Positions 11,901-22,929 of a DNA stretch of 64,000 nucleotides are shown piece by piece (the stretch's first letter is position 1; each line of letters starts with the position of its first letter). A program made the position numbers and the translations under genes. The DNA comes from Chrysomallon squamiferum. Its lineage: Eukaryota; Animalia; Mollusca. The notes under the pieces are model-generated. The model searched no databases and was not told where the DNA came from. It saw nothing but the letters and a program-made list of their open reading frames with translations. Location: the NCBI GenBank assembly GCA_012295275.1, contig CM022670.1, positions 22,010,001 to 22,074,000 of the forward strand, written 5' to 3'.

Positions 11901-13727
11901 TCAACAAAAAGCTTTCAAATAATTTAAATAATAAATAGTAATAACTAGCGTCTCAGATATGAAAACAACAATCACATTCTGTCTTACTTCATCCATGATA
12001 TCAATTAGAAGATTTACATGTTTGAAATATTGTTGGATTGTCTATTGCTAGGCTTTCTAACTAATAAAGATTAACATAATAATTAATATTTTTAAATTAT
12101 TGCATGATTGCTTACATGTGAATTCAGAACTAAACATTTGTTTTTAGCTAATTATTTTCTGCTACAAATACTGTAGATATGATATGCAGTGTTATAATAG
12201 TGAGAATTTTAACATTTGCTTAAAAATAACAACAAATGTAATAGGATACAATTTTATTATTAGAAATTACAAACAATGTGATTAAAAATAATTTGTTGTT
12301 GAATTTGAAGTTTTATACTATTAAACTGAGCATCCTGTATTGTATTGGATAATAATATCTATATAAATTGTAAATGTTTGAAAGAAGGTCATTTCAAAAC
12401 TGAAAAAAGTTTTGACAGTAAACTGAAACATATTGAATTGCACTGAAATGTAACATTCATAAATTGCATTTGATTTCAGGGAGTACCAAACAATGGGAAG
12501 TTTAAGACAGTGGAGGATATAGTGAAGATATGCAGAACAATTGTGTACACATGCAGTGTGTCCCATGCCTCAGCTAATTTCCCACAGTACGAAGAGTACG
12601 CATTCCCACCTAACTACCCCAGTTTCTTGAGAGGACTGCCACCCAAAGACAAGGTGACACAGTCATTAAATGATTTCTGTGGAATATACCTATCAGAATA
12701 CTGATCAATTCCACACACACACACACACACACACACACTATAGTTTCTTTATATTTTAAAATATTATTTTTAATATTATTTTTGTTTAGGGATGTTTTGT
12801 TTTCTAAAAGTCAAAACAGACATATTCTAAAATCTAACTCATGAAATAAAAATAATTTTTTTGTTTTCATAAGCTTACTAAATTTTGTCTGTGTAAATAA
12901 TTATCATATTTTATTAATGCTTGTTCTGTACGAAGTCTTTATAATTTTCTAGCTAAAACAAAACAGAAACAAACACATCTGAATATCTTTTTTATGTGTG
13001 TTGAAAATTTGTTTTCTTTTGACAAATTACTAGTTTTTATTTGGAATTATTTCACTGAGTATTGTTTAATATTTGACTTGGCAGACTGCACTGACAGAAC
13101 AAGATATCCTAGGCTCTCTGCCTGACAAACCAACCACTCTGGATGTGATGGTTGTCACCAAGATCCTGAGTGCTCGGGGAACAAAAAGTATCGGAGACTT
13201 TGAGGTGCAGTACATCTTTGATCCAAAAGCAAGGGACATTGTGGATGAGTAAGTTGTTAAAGTTTACTGTGTGTGTAAAACTGTTGTGAGGCCATCCAAA
13301 ATATTTTAAAACAACTTAAAACCTTAAATTATTCTAACAAACAGATTGCATTCTTTGGTTATTTTTATTATTGATTTCAGGATGCATAACTGACAAAACG
13401 TTCAGAATCACCCATGTCTTCCCAGAAATTGTTTTAAACATGGTTCTTGCTTGTGTTTGAACCTTGAATAATTGATTATTGACATTAGTGATTTTAAAAA
13501 AAAGAAAAGTTAAAGGATTATAAATGTGAGAAATAAATCAGTAAAATGTAAGTAACAATACTTTGATTATCAGAGTACTCTTATACAGAATTGTTTCTGT
13601 ACTCAATTTCAGATTTAGAAAAGATCTTCGCAAAGTTAGCAAGATTATCAAAGAAAGAAACGAGAGCAGGAATCCTCAGTTCACATACCTGGACCCAGAT
13701 GTTGTACCCAACTCCATCAGCATTTAA
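2921..13727 (+). CDS. Lipoxygenase (animal-type, resembling invertebrate allene oxide synthase-lipoxygenase LOX domains), 5'-partial; exons 2921-3018, 3367-3499, 4081-4176, 5937-6033, 7183-7300, 7662-7754, 9175-9235, 10379-10484, 11025-11116, 12480-12653, 13085-13248, 13613-13727
   Basis: 12 GT-AG exons splice in frame. LOX motifs: WSNDLFFGNQR, LVPIAIQL, HQSLTHLGYTHLLME, LSQSHPVFKLLAPH, YHFRDDA, DWELQAW, HASANFPQY, and C-terminal PNSISI*. Confidence 0.95.
3367..3499 (+). CDS. Lipoxygenase exon
   Basis: ttgcag|LAVTEEMLKPLLEGLSLEQAIQDKRLFMCDYEILTGIPCKEDFI|gtaagc. Confidence 0.92.
4081..4176 (+). CDS. Lipoxygenase exon
   Basis: atccag|CPDPLGLFFLNGNKRLVPIAIQLFQKPSPDNP|gtatgt. Confidence 0.92.
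5531..5854 (+). pseudogene. Decayed tandem duplicate of lipoxygenase exon 5937-6033 with its flanks (pseudo-exon 5613-5791)
   Basis: 5531-5620 matches the real acceptor region 5853-5944; remnant gttgtccatccagtca (5738) versus gttgtccaccagtca; tttaggtttgt donor; 5821-5854 matches 6044-6077. Confidence 0.7.
5937..6033 (+). CDS. Lipoxygenase exon
   Basis: tttcag|VFLPTEPPNTWAIVTMWFNLADCVVHQSLTHL(G)|gtttgt. Confidence 0.92.
7183..7300 (+). CDS. Lipoxygenase exon
   Basis: atgcag|YTHLLMEGVTVATHRNLSQSHPVFKLLAPHFLYLIAIN|gtaaca. Confidence 0.93.
7317..7438. repeat. Imperfect (GT/AT)n microsatellite
   Basis: Direct reading; similar tracts near 3150, 4510, 27900 and 32625. Confidence 0.9.
7662..7754 (+). 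CDS. Lipoxygenase exon
   Basis: tttcag|(S)RGLQTLVSPNGWVEKVMNIGTEGMFYLIKK(G)|gtaaat. Confidence 0.9.
9175..9235 (+). CDS. Lipoxygenase exon
   Basis: ttgcag|LAQWRVDVQGTLPEELKSRG|gtaagt. Confidence 0.9.
9290..10125. repeat. Degenerate AT-rich tandem repeat (~30-35 bp)
   Basis: Recurrent actaataaaaatacatttatattttaaaa. Confidence 0.75.
10379..10484 (+). CDS. Lipoxygenase exon
   Basis: tttcag|FTDSSILPGYHFRDDALLLFECIDKYIRNYISLYY|gtaaga. Confidence 0.92.
11025..11116 (+). CDS. Lipoxygenase exon
   Basis: attcag|(K)KPSMIEGDWELQAWGSELVQEKEKGGVGLL|gtctgt. Confidence 0.9.
12480..12653 (+). CDS. Lipoxygenase exon
   Basis: tttcag|GVPNNGKFKTVEDIVKICRTIVYTCSVSHASANFPQYEEYAFPPNYPSFLRGLPPKDK|gtgaca. Confidence 0.93.
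13085..13248 (+). CDS. Lipoxygenase penultimate exon
   Basis: tggcag|TALTEQDILGSLPDKPTTLDVMVVTKILSARGTKSIGDFEVQYIFDPKARDIVD(E)|gtaagt. Confidence 0.92.
13613..13727 (+). CDS. Lipoxygenase terminal coding exon
   Basis: tttcag|FRKDLRKVSKIIKERNESRNPQFTYLDPDVVPNSISI then TAA at 13725-13727. Confidence 0.93.
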
Positions 13728-13729
13728 CA

Positions 13730-14340
13730 GTATCCTGAAAATACATGTGCTGCATAGTACTGAGAACAGTGAAATGAATAAGATACTGAAAACACACAGA
13801 CATGTATAAGATAATATAAACACACAGACACGTATAAGATAATATAAACACAATGACATGTATAAGATAATAAGAACACATTGACATGTATAATATACTG
13901 AAAACATTATGACACATATAATATATTGAAAATACACAGACATGTTCAATATACTGAAAACACACAAAAATGTATAATATACTGAAAACACACAGACATG
14001 TATAAGGTAATAGAAACATACTGACATGTATAATGTACTGAAAACACACAGACATGTACAATATACTGAGTACACACAGACATGTATAAGATAATAGAAA
14101 CATACTGACATGTATAATGTACTGAAAACACACAGACATGTTCAATATACTGAAAACACACAGACATGTATAAGGTAATAGAAACATACTTACATGTATA
14201 ATGTACTGAAAACACACAGACATGTACAATATACTGAATACACACAGACATATATAAGATAATAGAAACATACTGACATGTATAATGTACTGAAGACATG
14301 TACAACATAGTGAAAACACACTGACATGTATAATATAATA
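13730..14340. repeat. ~29-30 bp minisatellite in the lipoxygenase 3' UTR region
   Basis: Units gacatgtataatatactgaaaacacaca / gacatgtataagataatagaaacatact begin right after the stop codon. Confidence 0.92.
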
Positions 14341-16522
14341 TATATCAATTTACAAAACAAAACTATGACATATTGTAAAATATGAAAACATGACTTGTAT
14401 TCTATGATGTGATGACATTTACAACCATTTTATAATGATGAAAAGTGACATATATTGTATAATATAGCATTTTTTTATGTTTTTTACATATTTTCAGCTT
14501 AACTGCATAATATTTATTTCTGCCATGTAAAATCTCAAACACAGCTGTATAGCTATTTTTGTCACATTTCTGTGCTTCATTTTTCTGCCTAACGTTTTCA
14601 TTTCACATCATTCTTTGTTCCTTATTTATTTATTTATTCATAACAGGATGAAAATTTTTGTTTTTTAAATATATTAGAAAAATATCTCTATACTCTTTAT
14701 AATTTTTAGCAATTTTTTGGTTCAGATTGTTTATAAAACAAAATTTGTAAATTATGATTCTTATTTGTAAGAAAATGAGTACGAATGATTTGTCATTTTG
14801 TTTGAAATCCAGAATAAGTCAGCCGACATGTGTTTGTGTAACTGTTTTCAGTTTTTGTTAATTGTGTATATGTATGTGTTTTTGTCAACAGTTCATTCAT
14901 TATTCACATAATTTCAGCTGTAATTTCACATAACCAGAGATATTTATTCACATTCCAAAACTTTAAAACGCGTCATCTTGCATCATGAACTGGTGTTTAT
15001 TTTATTTTAAATATTTTTGTTTAATGTTTCTAAAATATTTGTTTAATCTTTTTAACCAGTTTTACTAAATATTGTTTGAAATATATATATATACACACAG
15101 ATATATATATATATTTTTTTTTTTTAATCATTTTCATTTATTTTATTGTTTCTTGTTCAGTTATATGTAACAGTTTACACAATCAATGCTGTAATATATA
15201 TTTTCAATGCCTGAGTATTGTATTTAATACATTTTTCATGTCGGTAATTTCCACCTTTTAAAAGTCTGATCATCAGATGCTGATGTTGCATAATAAGAAA
15301 TCACTGCCTGTAAAATTGTTAGCTTTAGTCAAATTTTTAAAATTTAAAGATATTTGTAAATAAAGATGAGTTTTGCATGACACTGTAGCGTGTTAGGGAG
15401 AAGAAGAGTTCGAGTGGAAAATTATCTTTGTTTATTTCTTACGTTTTTCATTAAATTAGTATTTTCATTTCAGTTTAGTATCTAGTTCACTAGTGCAAAC
15501 AAAGTTTTTATTTGCTTTGATATTCATTTGCCTTCTTGTTTTTTTATTTAAGTCTTTTTAGTTTAAATTTTAAATTTTTATTTCTTATATTAAAATAAAT
15601 AAACACACACACATACACAGGCATGTATATATATGTATCTATCTATCTATATTTATATTTAATGCATTATCTTTTAAACTAAAATAATGTTACATATTTC
15701 CTAAGTAACAATCTTTTAATCACTGGCTTTTATTTTGCGTGTTAGAATCTTATAATTATTGCAGATATTTTATTTTTATTTTCATTGTTATTCCCTTTTG
15801 AAATTATTTTTTAAAATCTGTTACCAAAACAATACATTTGGCATCTTTCATAGTGGAAACAGTATTTTACTTGTTGTTTTATTTTATTATTTTTATTTCA
15901 TTTTATTATTTTTGTTTTATTTTATTTTATTTATTATTATCATAAAAAGAATATTTATTATTTATTCATTTATTTATTTATTATTATTATATTATTATTA
16001 TTATGATTATTATTATTATTATTATTATTTTTATTTACTGTTTAGAACAACAAGTAATTTTTCTGAAGGTCAGGGACAATTGCGTATTAGTTTACAAATC
16101 AATTTTTTTTTTACTCAACATATATTATTTACTTACATATGTATTTTCTTAATAATTTCTGTTTTCTAAACTATGGTGCATGGGCTGATATAATGAACCC
16201 AGTGTTGCTTTAAAATTTTAATTGTTTCACGAAGCACTAATGACAATACATTTATATTATTATCATGCACATTTATCTTTTAATTAAATAAAATAAAATA
16301 TATTTAAAAATTCATATTTTTTTTTTTTTTTTTGTTTTTTCTTAATCATTTGGGTGTTGCAGACGTCCTTGATTTGTTGAGTTGAAAACATTTTCTTTTA
16401 TGGTTGTTAATAATAAAATCGTTTAAATGAAAAACAATGTGCACAAGTTTATGAAAGTAAAAATCAAAACATTTTTATCTTAACATTTGTCATTAGTTTT
16501 ATTAGCAACTAGAATTTAGGTG

Positions 16523-16553
<31 letters not shown>

Positions 16554-16978
16554 GTTAGTGGTTTGTTATTGTTATACTACTCTGCTCACCATTAAAGTTC
16601 TATGGTATCATACCTTGCATGTTAAACTGATGCCAATTTTTCAAAGCAGGACAAAAAGTATGATTGATTATACTGATCAACAGCAAATTTTATAGTTTTT
16701 AAATAAATGATAAATGTGTTACATGGGTACTAGGCAAATGTCAAAGATATCTTTCACAATCGAAATTACAGAATCGGAAAATTGATATTTTTCTTTTTTA
16801 TGTAATTACAGTTCTTGGCCTTTGATCAGCTGGTGCACATTAGCTATCTAAACTGAGTCAAGAAAGCTTCACATTACTTAACAATATGGTATATCTTGGC
16901 GCACTAGTAAAATTTTCAAAATTGAATTATTTTTATTTTTGTTGTTGATGTTCACACACACAAACACACACACAGAGG

Positions 16979-17143
16979 ACTCAGGATCTTGGTAATAATC
17001 ATTACATCCAGAGTGATTGGTTTGTCAGGCAGGTAGCCTAGGATATCTTGTTCTGTCAGTGCAGACTGCCAAGTCAAATATTAAACAATACTCAGTGAAA
17101 TAATTCCAAATAAAAACTAGTAATTTGTCGAAAGAAAACAAAT
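16979..17143 (-). pseudogene. Inverted partial copy of lipoxygenase intron end plus penultimate exon (source 13007-13171)
   Basis: The reverse complement aligns without gaps over 165 nt with 9 mismatches. Confidence 0.95.
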
Positions 17144-17519
17144 ATATATATATATTTGAAAACAATTAGCAGATAAACAGATAGCCAATAAATAAAAACT
17201 ACAAGTTTTGATATATATATATGCGTTAGTATGTGTGCAAGTATATATGACAATTAGAATAGCTTCATAGTATATACAAAATGGTTAATCTAAAAAGGAC
17301 TATCTTTGGAGAATACCTTTTAAAAAATAAAATGCAAATTGATACTTGATAGATAATAATTACAGACAAAACAATGAGAAAATAATAGAGTTTAATATAT
17401 ATATTTATTTAGCTAGGCTAATATATTTATCATTATTTTGAACACATATGTTTTTTAAATCATTTTCTTTATTTATTTCGTTTGTTTCTATTTTCGATCT
17501 TTATTTGTTGTTTTATTCA

Positions 17520-17936
17520 ATATAATTCTCGTGAAGAAGTGTTTACGCTGAACCTCACACATTTAACACGCATCGATACAGTATGTTATAGAACTATCTA
17601 ACGTCAACCTGAGTTATTCAAACGGTCCCCTTGATTTGGATCTACCTGAACCGTGGTTTGTTACGAACGAAACCAAGGGAGGGGCTTATTCTGTCTGACG
17701 CCCGATATAGTTTTCTTCAGCAATCTGATTGGCTGAAATAAATAAAAGAATGTGTAGGCTGTCTCATGCAAATAGGTGTTCCGGAAGTAACTGTGAGAGG
17801 TCGTGCGTAATGCGATGCGTGTTATGTCAAATGGATAGGTATGGCACTGGTGGTAGCTTTCTCAAAGTCTTTGTGTTGAGAAGACAGGGAGTACTTTCTC
17901 TCTGCAGCAGATCTCTGTGAAAGTTCGCACCCGAAC
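17520..17936 (+). promoter_or_regulatory. Putative FREM2-like promoter/5' UTR
   Basis: Locally CpG-rich; inverted CCAAT box (gattggc, 17727-17733), octamer atgcaaat (17766-17773) and ETS-type ccggaagt (17781-17788) just upstream of the ATG; TSS not determinable. Confidence 0.55.
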
Positions 17937-20900
17937 ATGCTGGCCAGGCGGACAAAAGTTCCGCAGGTAAGCTCGACGAACGCAATGAAACTGGGTGCAC
18001 TGCTGCACATGGCTATTGTTTTGAGTTTGACAACTTTAGCATCGTCAGAGACAAGTCTTTCACCGAGTGATATTTTACGAGAAAATCGTGGGATAACGGT
18101 ACCGTTGGGGAGATCTGTTTATGTCACTCCCAGTGATCTCCTGATTCACGTGCGTCAAGGCGACGTGTGCGTAGTTTCAGTACAGGAAAACGACCCGCTG
18201 TCAGAGAGACCAGGTAAACTGATGCCATCGCATTTTCCTTGCGACTTTGATCTCCAAGATGTGAAATATTCTCACTTCGGATCACGCAGTCCTCCGGAAG
18301 ATAGAATACGTTTGCAAATTCGATACGATACACCCAGCGAGACGATTATAATTCCTTTCACGATTAAAGTCGAAGTGTCGTTCGTACAACTGGAAATTGT
18401 GACGCGAAACATGCCGATTGAAGTGCCACAGCTGATGGGAGTTAGTCAGCCGATTGACGGATCTGTATTGGAATTTAATTATGATCGAGACACTTTTGAC
18501 TGCAAGGTTAGTGTTCTGAGCAAAGCAAGTGGTCTGCCAAGATACGGTGTCGTCGCTAACGAAACGTCCCAGCTGCAGATGGTGGACTGTGACAGGTTTC
18601 TAGATATGGGAGTGCGTTACAAACACACTGCAGAAACAGACTCGCCTGACAGAGATTTCCTGCCTTTAGTTGTTGAAGTGATGGGACATGACGACAAAAT
18701 CTACAAACAAGAATATTTCCAGATAATGGCAAGAATTAAAGGTGGTATTGAAAACACTCGCCCACAACCAAGTTACCAGGCAATGTTAGTCATGGAAGTG
18801 GATCAGTTTGTCATGACTGCCATCACAAGTGAAATACTAGCAGCAGAAGATTTTGAGAGTCCACCACATTCTTTAATTTTTAACATCACAACACCTCTAG
18901 GAACTGGTGAGGGACACATAGTCAGCACTGATGACAGGAATAAACCCATCAGCTCATTTTACCAAGGAGATGTACAAGATTTGAAAATTGCTTACAAACC
19001 TCCACCTGAAGATTCTGATGTTCAGAGGGTCTACCAGGTTGGACTCGAGGTGGTGGATCCAGAAGGTTTGACATCTGACCCTTTCATGTTGATGATTCTT
19101 GTTAAGCCCATGAACACTTTGGCACCAGTTGTAACAAGAAATACAGGAATCCAGCTGTTTGAAGGACAGTCTAGAAAGCTGTCAAGTGACAGAAACTTAC
19201 AAATTTCTGATGAGGACAATCTGGAAGATGTTAAAGTTTTTGTTGCTGATGGATTGAGACATGGTCATTTACGATTACCAAATGGGCAGAAGTTTTTTAC
19301 CCCAAAAGATTTAGATGAGGGTAAAGTAGTGTATGAACATGATGGCAGTGACACTTACAGTGATAACATCATCTTTGAAATGACAGACGGGGAAAATGTT
19401 GTCAGTTTTCTTTTTCCTATATCAATTTACCCAGAAGATGATGAGCCACCCGTGCTTAACGTAAACACAGGACTTGAAATTCAAAAACAAGAAATAGCTG
19501 AAATTTCACCTTTTGTTTTAAGTGCTACAGACATTGACAGTGATGACAACTCAATTCTGTTTCAAATACTGGAACCTTTTTCAGAAGAAGGTGTTATAGT
19601 GAAAAGACAGTTCCAAACTCCACCAGATTTGGAAAACTGGGAGTTAGCTAATGGTGTGTATGAGCAGGTTACTCATACTTTTACTCAGCAAGATATTTTG
19701 GATGGTAAAATCTATTATAAACATATTGGTCCACATAAATCAGATTTTGTTGTTGATAAAATTCTGCTTAAAGTGTCAGATGATAGTGATCCACCAAATG
19801 AATCAGAAACTGAAGAATTTGTGATTAAAATAGCCCCTGTAGATGATCAGCTACCCTACCTGTATCCAAACATTCCTCTTCAGATGGACATAGATGAATT
19901 TCAGCTGACAAGTTTTAAAAGAAAGTATCTGAGGTACACAGATGATGATACAGATGACAGAGAACTGTTGTACCAGGTGAATGTATTACCATTCGACACT
20001 GATAATAATTCACTGTTGGATGCAGGCAGTATTGTGATGTGTGAACAACCTGAAACAGTCTTGTCAGTGTTCACCCAGTCTCAGGTGAACCACCACAAGG
20101 TTTGCTATCAGCCCCCAACTTCTGAACTTGGAATCACTCCTCGAATCATTCAGTTTGTTTTTTCTGTTGATGACATTTCCGGTAACAGCCTCATTGATCA
20201 ACGGTTCAGCCTTCGTCTCAACCCAGTGGACAACAAACCTCCTCAGATCACAAATGGTGGAATTGCTGTCTTTGAAAATGGTTTCACAGTTTTGACTCCA
20301 GACATGTTAGATGTTGAAGATCCAGACACTGAGGATTCAGACTTGAAGTTCACTGTTGTGGAAAAGCCACTTCATGGAAACTTGCAACTCCAGGATCAGA
20401 TACTGGAAGTAGGTGACCTGTTTCACAAGGATGACATCAGGGATGGAAGAATTGTTTACTTTAACATGGGGGATGAAAGCGAAGAAGATCTTTTCAAAAT
20501 TGATGTGACTGATGGTGTACATCATGTTCCAGTTAATTTCAAAATCAAAGTTAAAAACATTGATGATGAAGCTCCCAGTCTGTTTGGAGTTCAGTCTGGT
20601 GTCCTTGACATGACCATAGAAGTCCCAGAGAATTCAGCAGTAGCTCTTAGTGCTGAGGATATAAAAGCTTCAGATCCTGATACTAATGACATGATGCTGA
20701 CATTCATGCTAGAAAAAGCCCCATATGAAGGTGTCATCTTGCTTTCAGGTGAGCAGACAGATCGGTTTACTCAGAAGAACATTATAGATGGGGTGGTTCA
20801 GTATAAACATTCTGGTGGAGAGGTTGGTGTTAAGGGCAGAAATGACTCATTCTCAGTGGTCCTCACAGATATGTCTGATGATTTCATTGTAGGAGGAAAC

Positions 20901-22929
20901 AAAATTGATCACTTAAATGTAAATGTAAAAATTCTTCCAGTAGACAGTGAACCTCCTATTGTTAGCCTTGGTGCACCGTTTGAAGTTCGTGAAAGTGACA
21001 AAGGCTCAATTTTACCCATTCATCTTGATGCCACAGACATTGATTCTGAAGATACAGATATTATGTGCACCATCATTGCTCAGCCTACCAGTGGATACAT
21101 TGAGAACAGTTCACCAGCACCTGGATCAGAGAAAGCTAGAACTGGCATCCCAATTTCAGCATTTTCTATTGGAGATGTCAGGTTTGGTCACATTAATTAT
21201 GTTCAGAGTGTGCACAAAGGTGTTGAACCTCGGGAAGACCAGTTTATGTTCCGCTGTTCTGACGGACTCAATAATTCACCATCTTTTAGATTCACTATTA
21301 CCATTTATCCAACCAACGATGAAGTACCAGAAGTCTTTCTCAGAGAGTTCATGGTTCTTGAAGGCATGGAGTTCATGATCGATCTTCCCATCCTGAATGT
21401 TATTGACAGAGATGATCCTGCTGATGATCTTGTCTTTACCATCACTAAGAAACCAAAGCATGGACACATAGTTCAACAGCGTTCTGATGGGACGTACAAT
21501 GTAGAAACATTCACTGTGGATGACATTTCTCAGCCTTCGACTATTGGTTATGAACATGATGACAGTGAAACAACAAAGGATGAGTTTGAGTTTGTTCTCA
21601 CTGATGGGCTGCACAATGTCACTAAGACAGTGCAGATAATGGTTATTCCTGTAGATGATGAAACTCCAAGACTCACAATTAACAATGGTCTGGAACTAGA
21701 CCATGGCGGTGAGACAGTTACCATCACCAGTGAACATCTTATGGCAGAAGACCTTGACTCTAATGACCCTGATCTTATCTTTATAATCAGAAGAATTCCT
21801 AAATATGGATACATACAGAAAATAGCTGACAGAGAAATTAGGAACCTTACACTTGGTCAGAACTTCACTCAGAGAGATATCGACAACAATTTAATTCAGT
21901 ATGTCCACACTGGTTTAGAAGGGGTCAGAGATCTTGTAAAATTTGATGTCACTGATGGATTAAATTTCCTGATTGATCGTTACTTCTACATAACTGTTGA
22001 AGGTATTGACATGACTTTCCCAACAGTCATCAATAAAGGAGTAGAACTTCCCGAGGGAGGGATGGTGACCCTGACAACTGACTTGCTCAGTGGCACTGAC
22101 CTGGACAGCCCTGATGAGAATCTTCAGTTTATTGTCACCCGTGCACCAAGCCGAGGACAGCTGGAGCTCACCGACAGACCTGGGGAACCCATCACTTCAT
22201 TCACACAAATGCAGCTTGCAGGAAACAAAATCCGCTACGTGCATTTAAGTGCGGATGAGATGAAAATGGACAGCTTTGAGTTTGAGGTGACTGATGGTTT
22301 TAACCAGGTCGCTAGAACATTCAGAATCTCACTGAGTGATGTAGACAATAAGAAACCCATCGTGGTGTTTGAAACACTTCGACTTAAAGAAGGAGAAAAC
22401 AAATTGATCACCCCGTTTGAACTGAATGCTGAAGACCTTGACACACCTGAAGAAGAAGTAATATTCACCATTACCCAGGTACCTATTCATGGAAATCTTC
22501 TTTACAACAACACTCAGATTATTTCCAAGTTCAGCGTCTATGACTTGAACGAGAACCTGATCAGTTACCAGCATGATGGATCCGAGACTCTTTCTGACAG
22601 CTTTTCTTTCACAGTGTCTGATGGAACCCATTCCGAGTTCTTTGTGCTTCCTGACACCACCTACACAACCAGGAAGTCTCAGATGATGTTGATTCAGATT
22701 ATTCCTATTGACAATGGCATTCCTCAGATTTCAATTAACAAAGGTGCCTCCACTCTCAATGTTATGGATGGAGAAAGCCTGGGATTCCAGTTGTCAAGTA
22801 AAATCCTGCGAGTTGAGGACAGGGACAGCCCAGATGACAGTCTGCACTACACACTGACTATAGAACCCCTCCACGGCTACATCATCAACACAGCTCTAGG
22901 AAACAAGAGCATCTCAGACTGGACTCAAG
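17937..22929 (+). CDS. FREM2: FREM2-like exon 1 (giant exon; alternative start ATG at 17985)
   Basis: ORF 17937..22955; hydrophobic signal [21 protein letters not shown]; donor CAAG|gtagga at 22930, phase 1. Confidence 0.95.

Noticed and set aside
13581-14319. Three overlapping minus-strand hydrophobic ORFs (120-200 aa)
   Set aside because: They are by-products of the 29-30 bp minisatellite
18124-22631. Antisense and off-frame ORFs within FREM2 exon 1
   Set aside because: Short shadow ORFs of a long coding exon, with no recognisable domains
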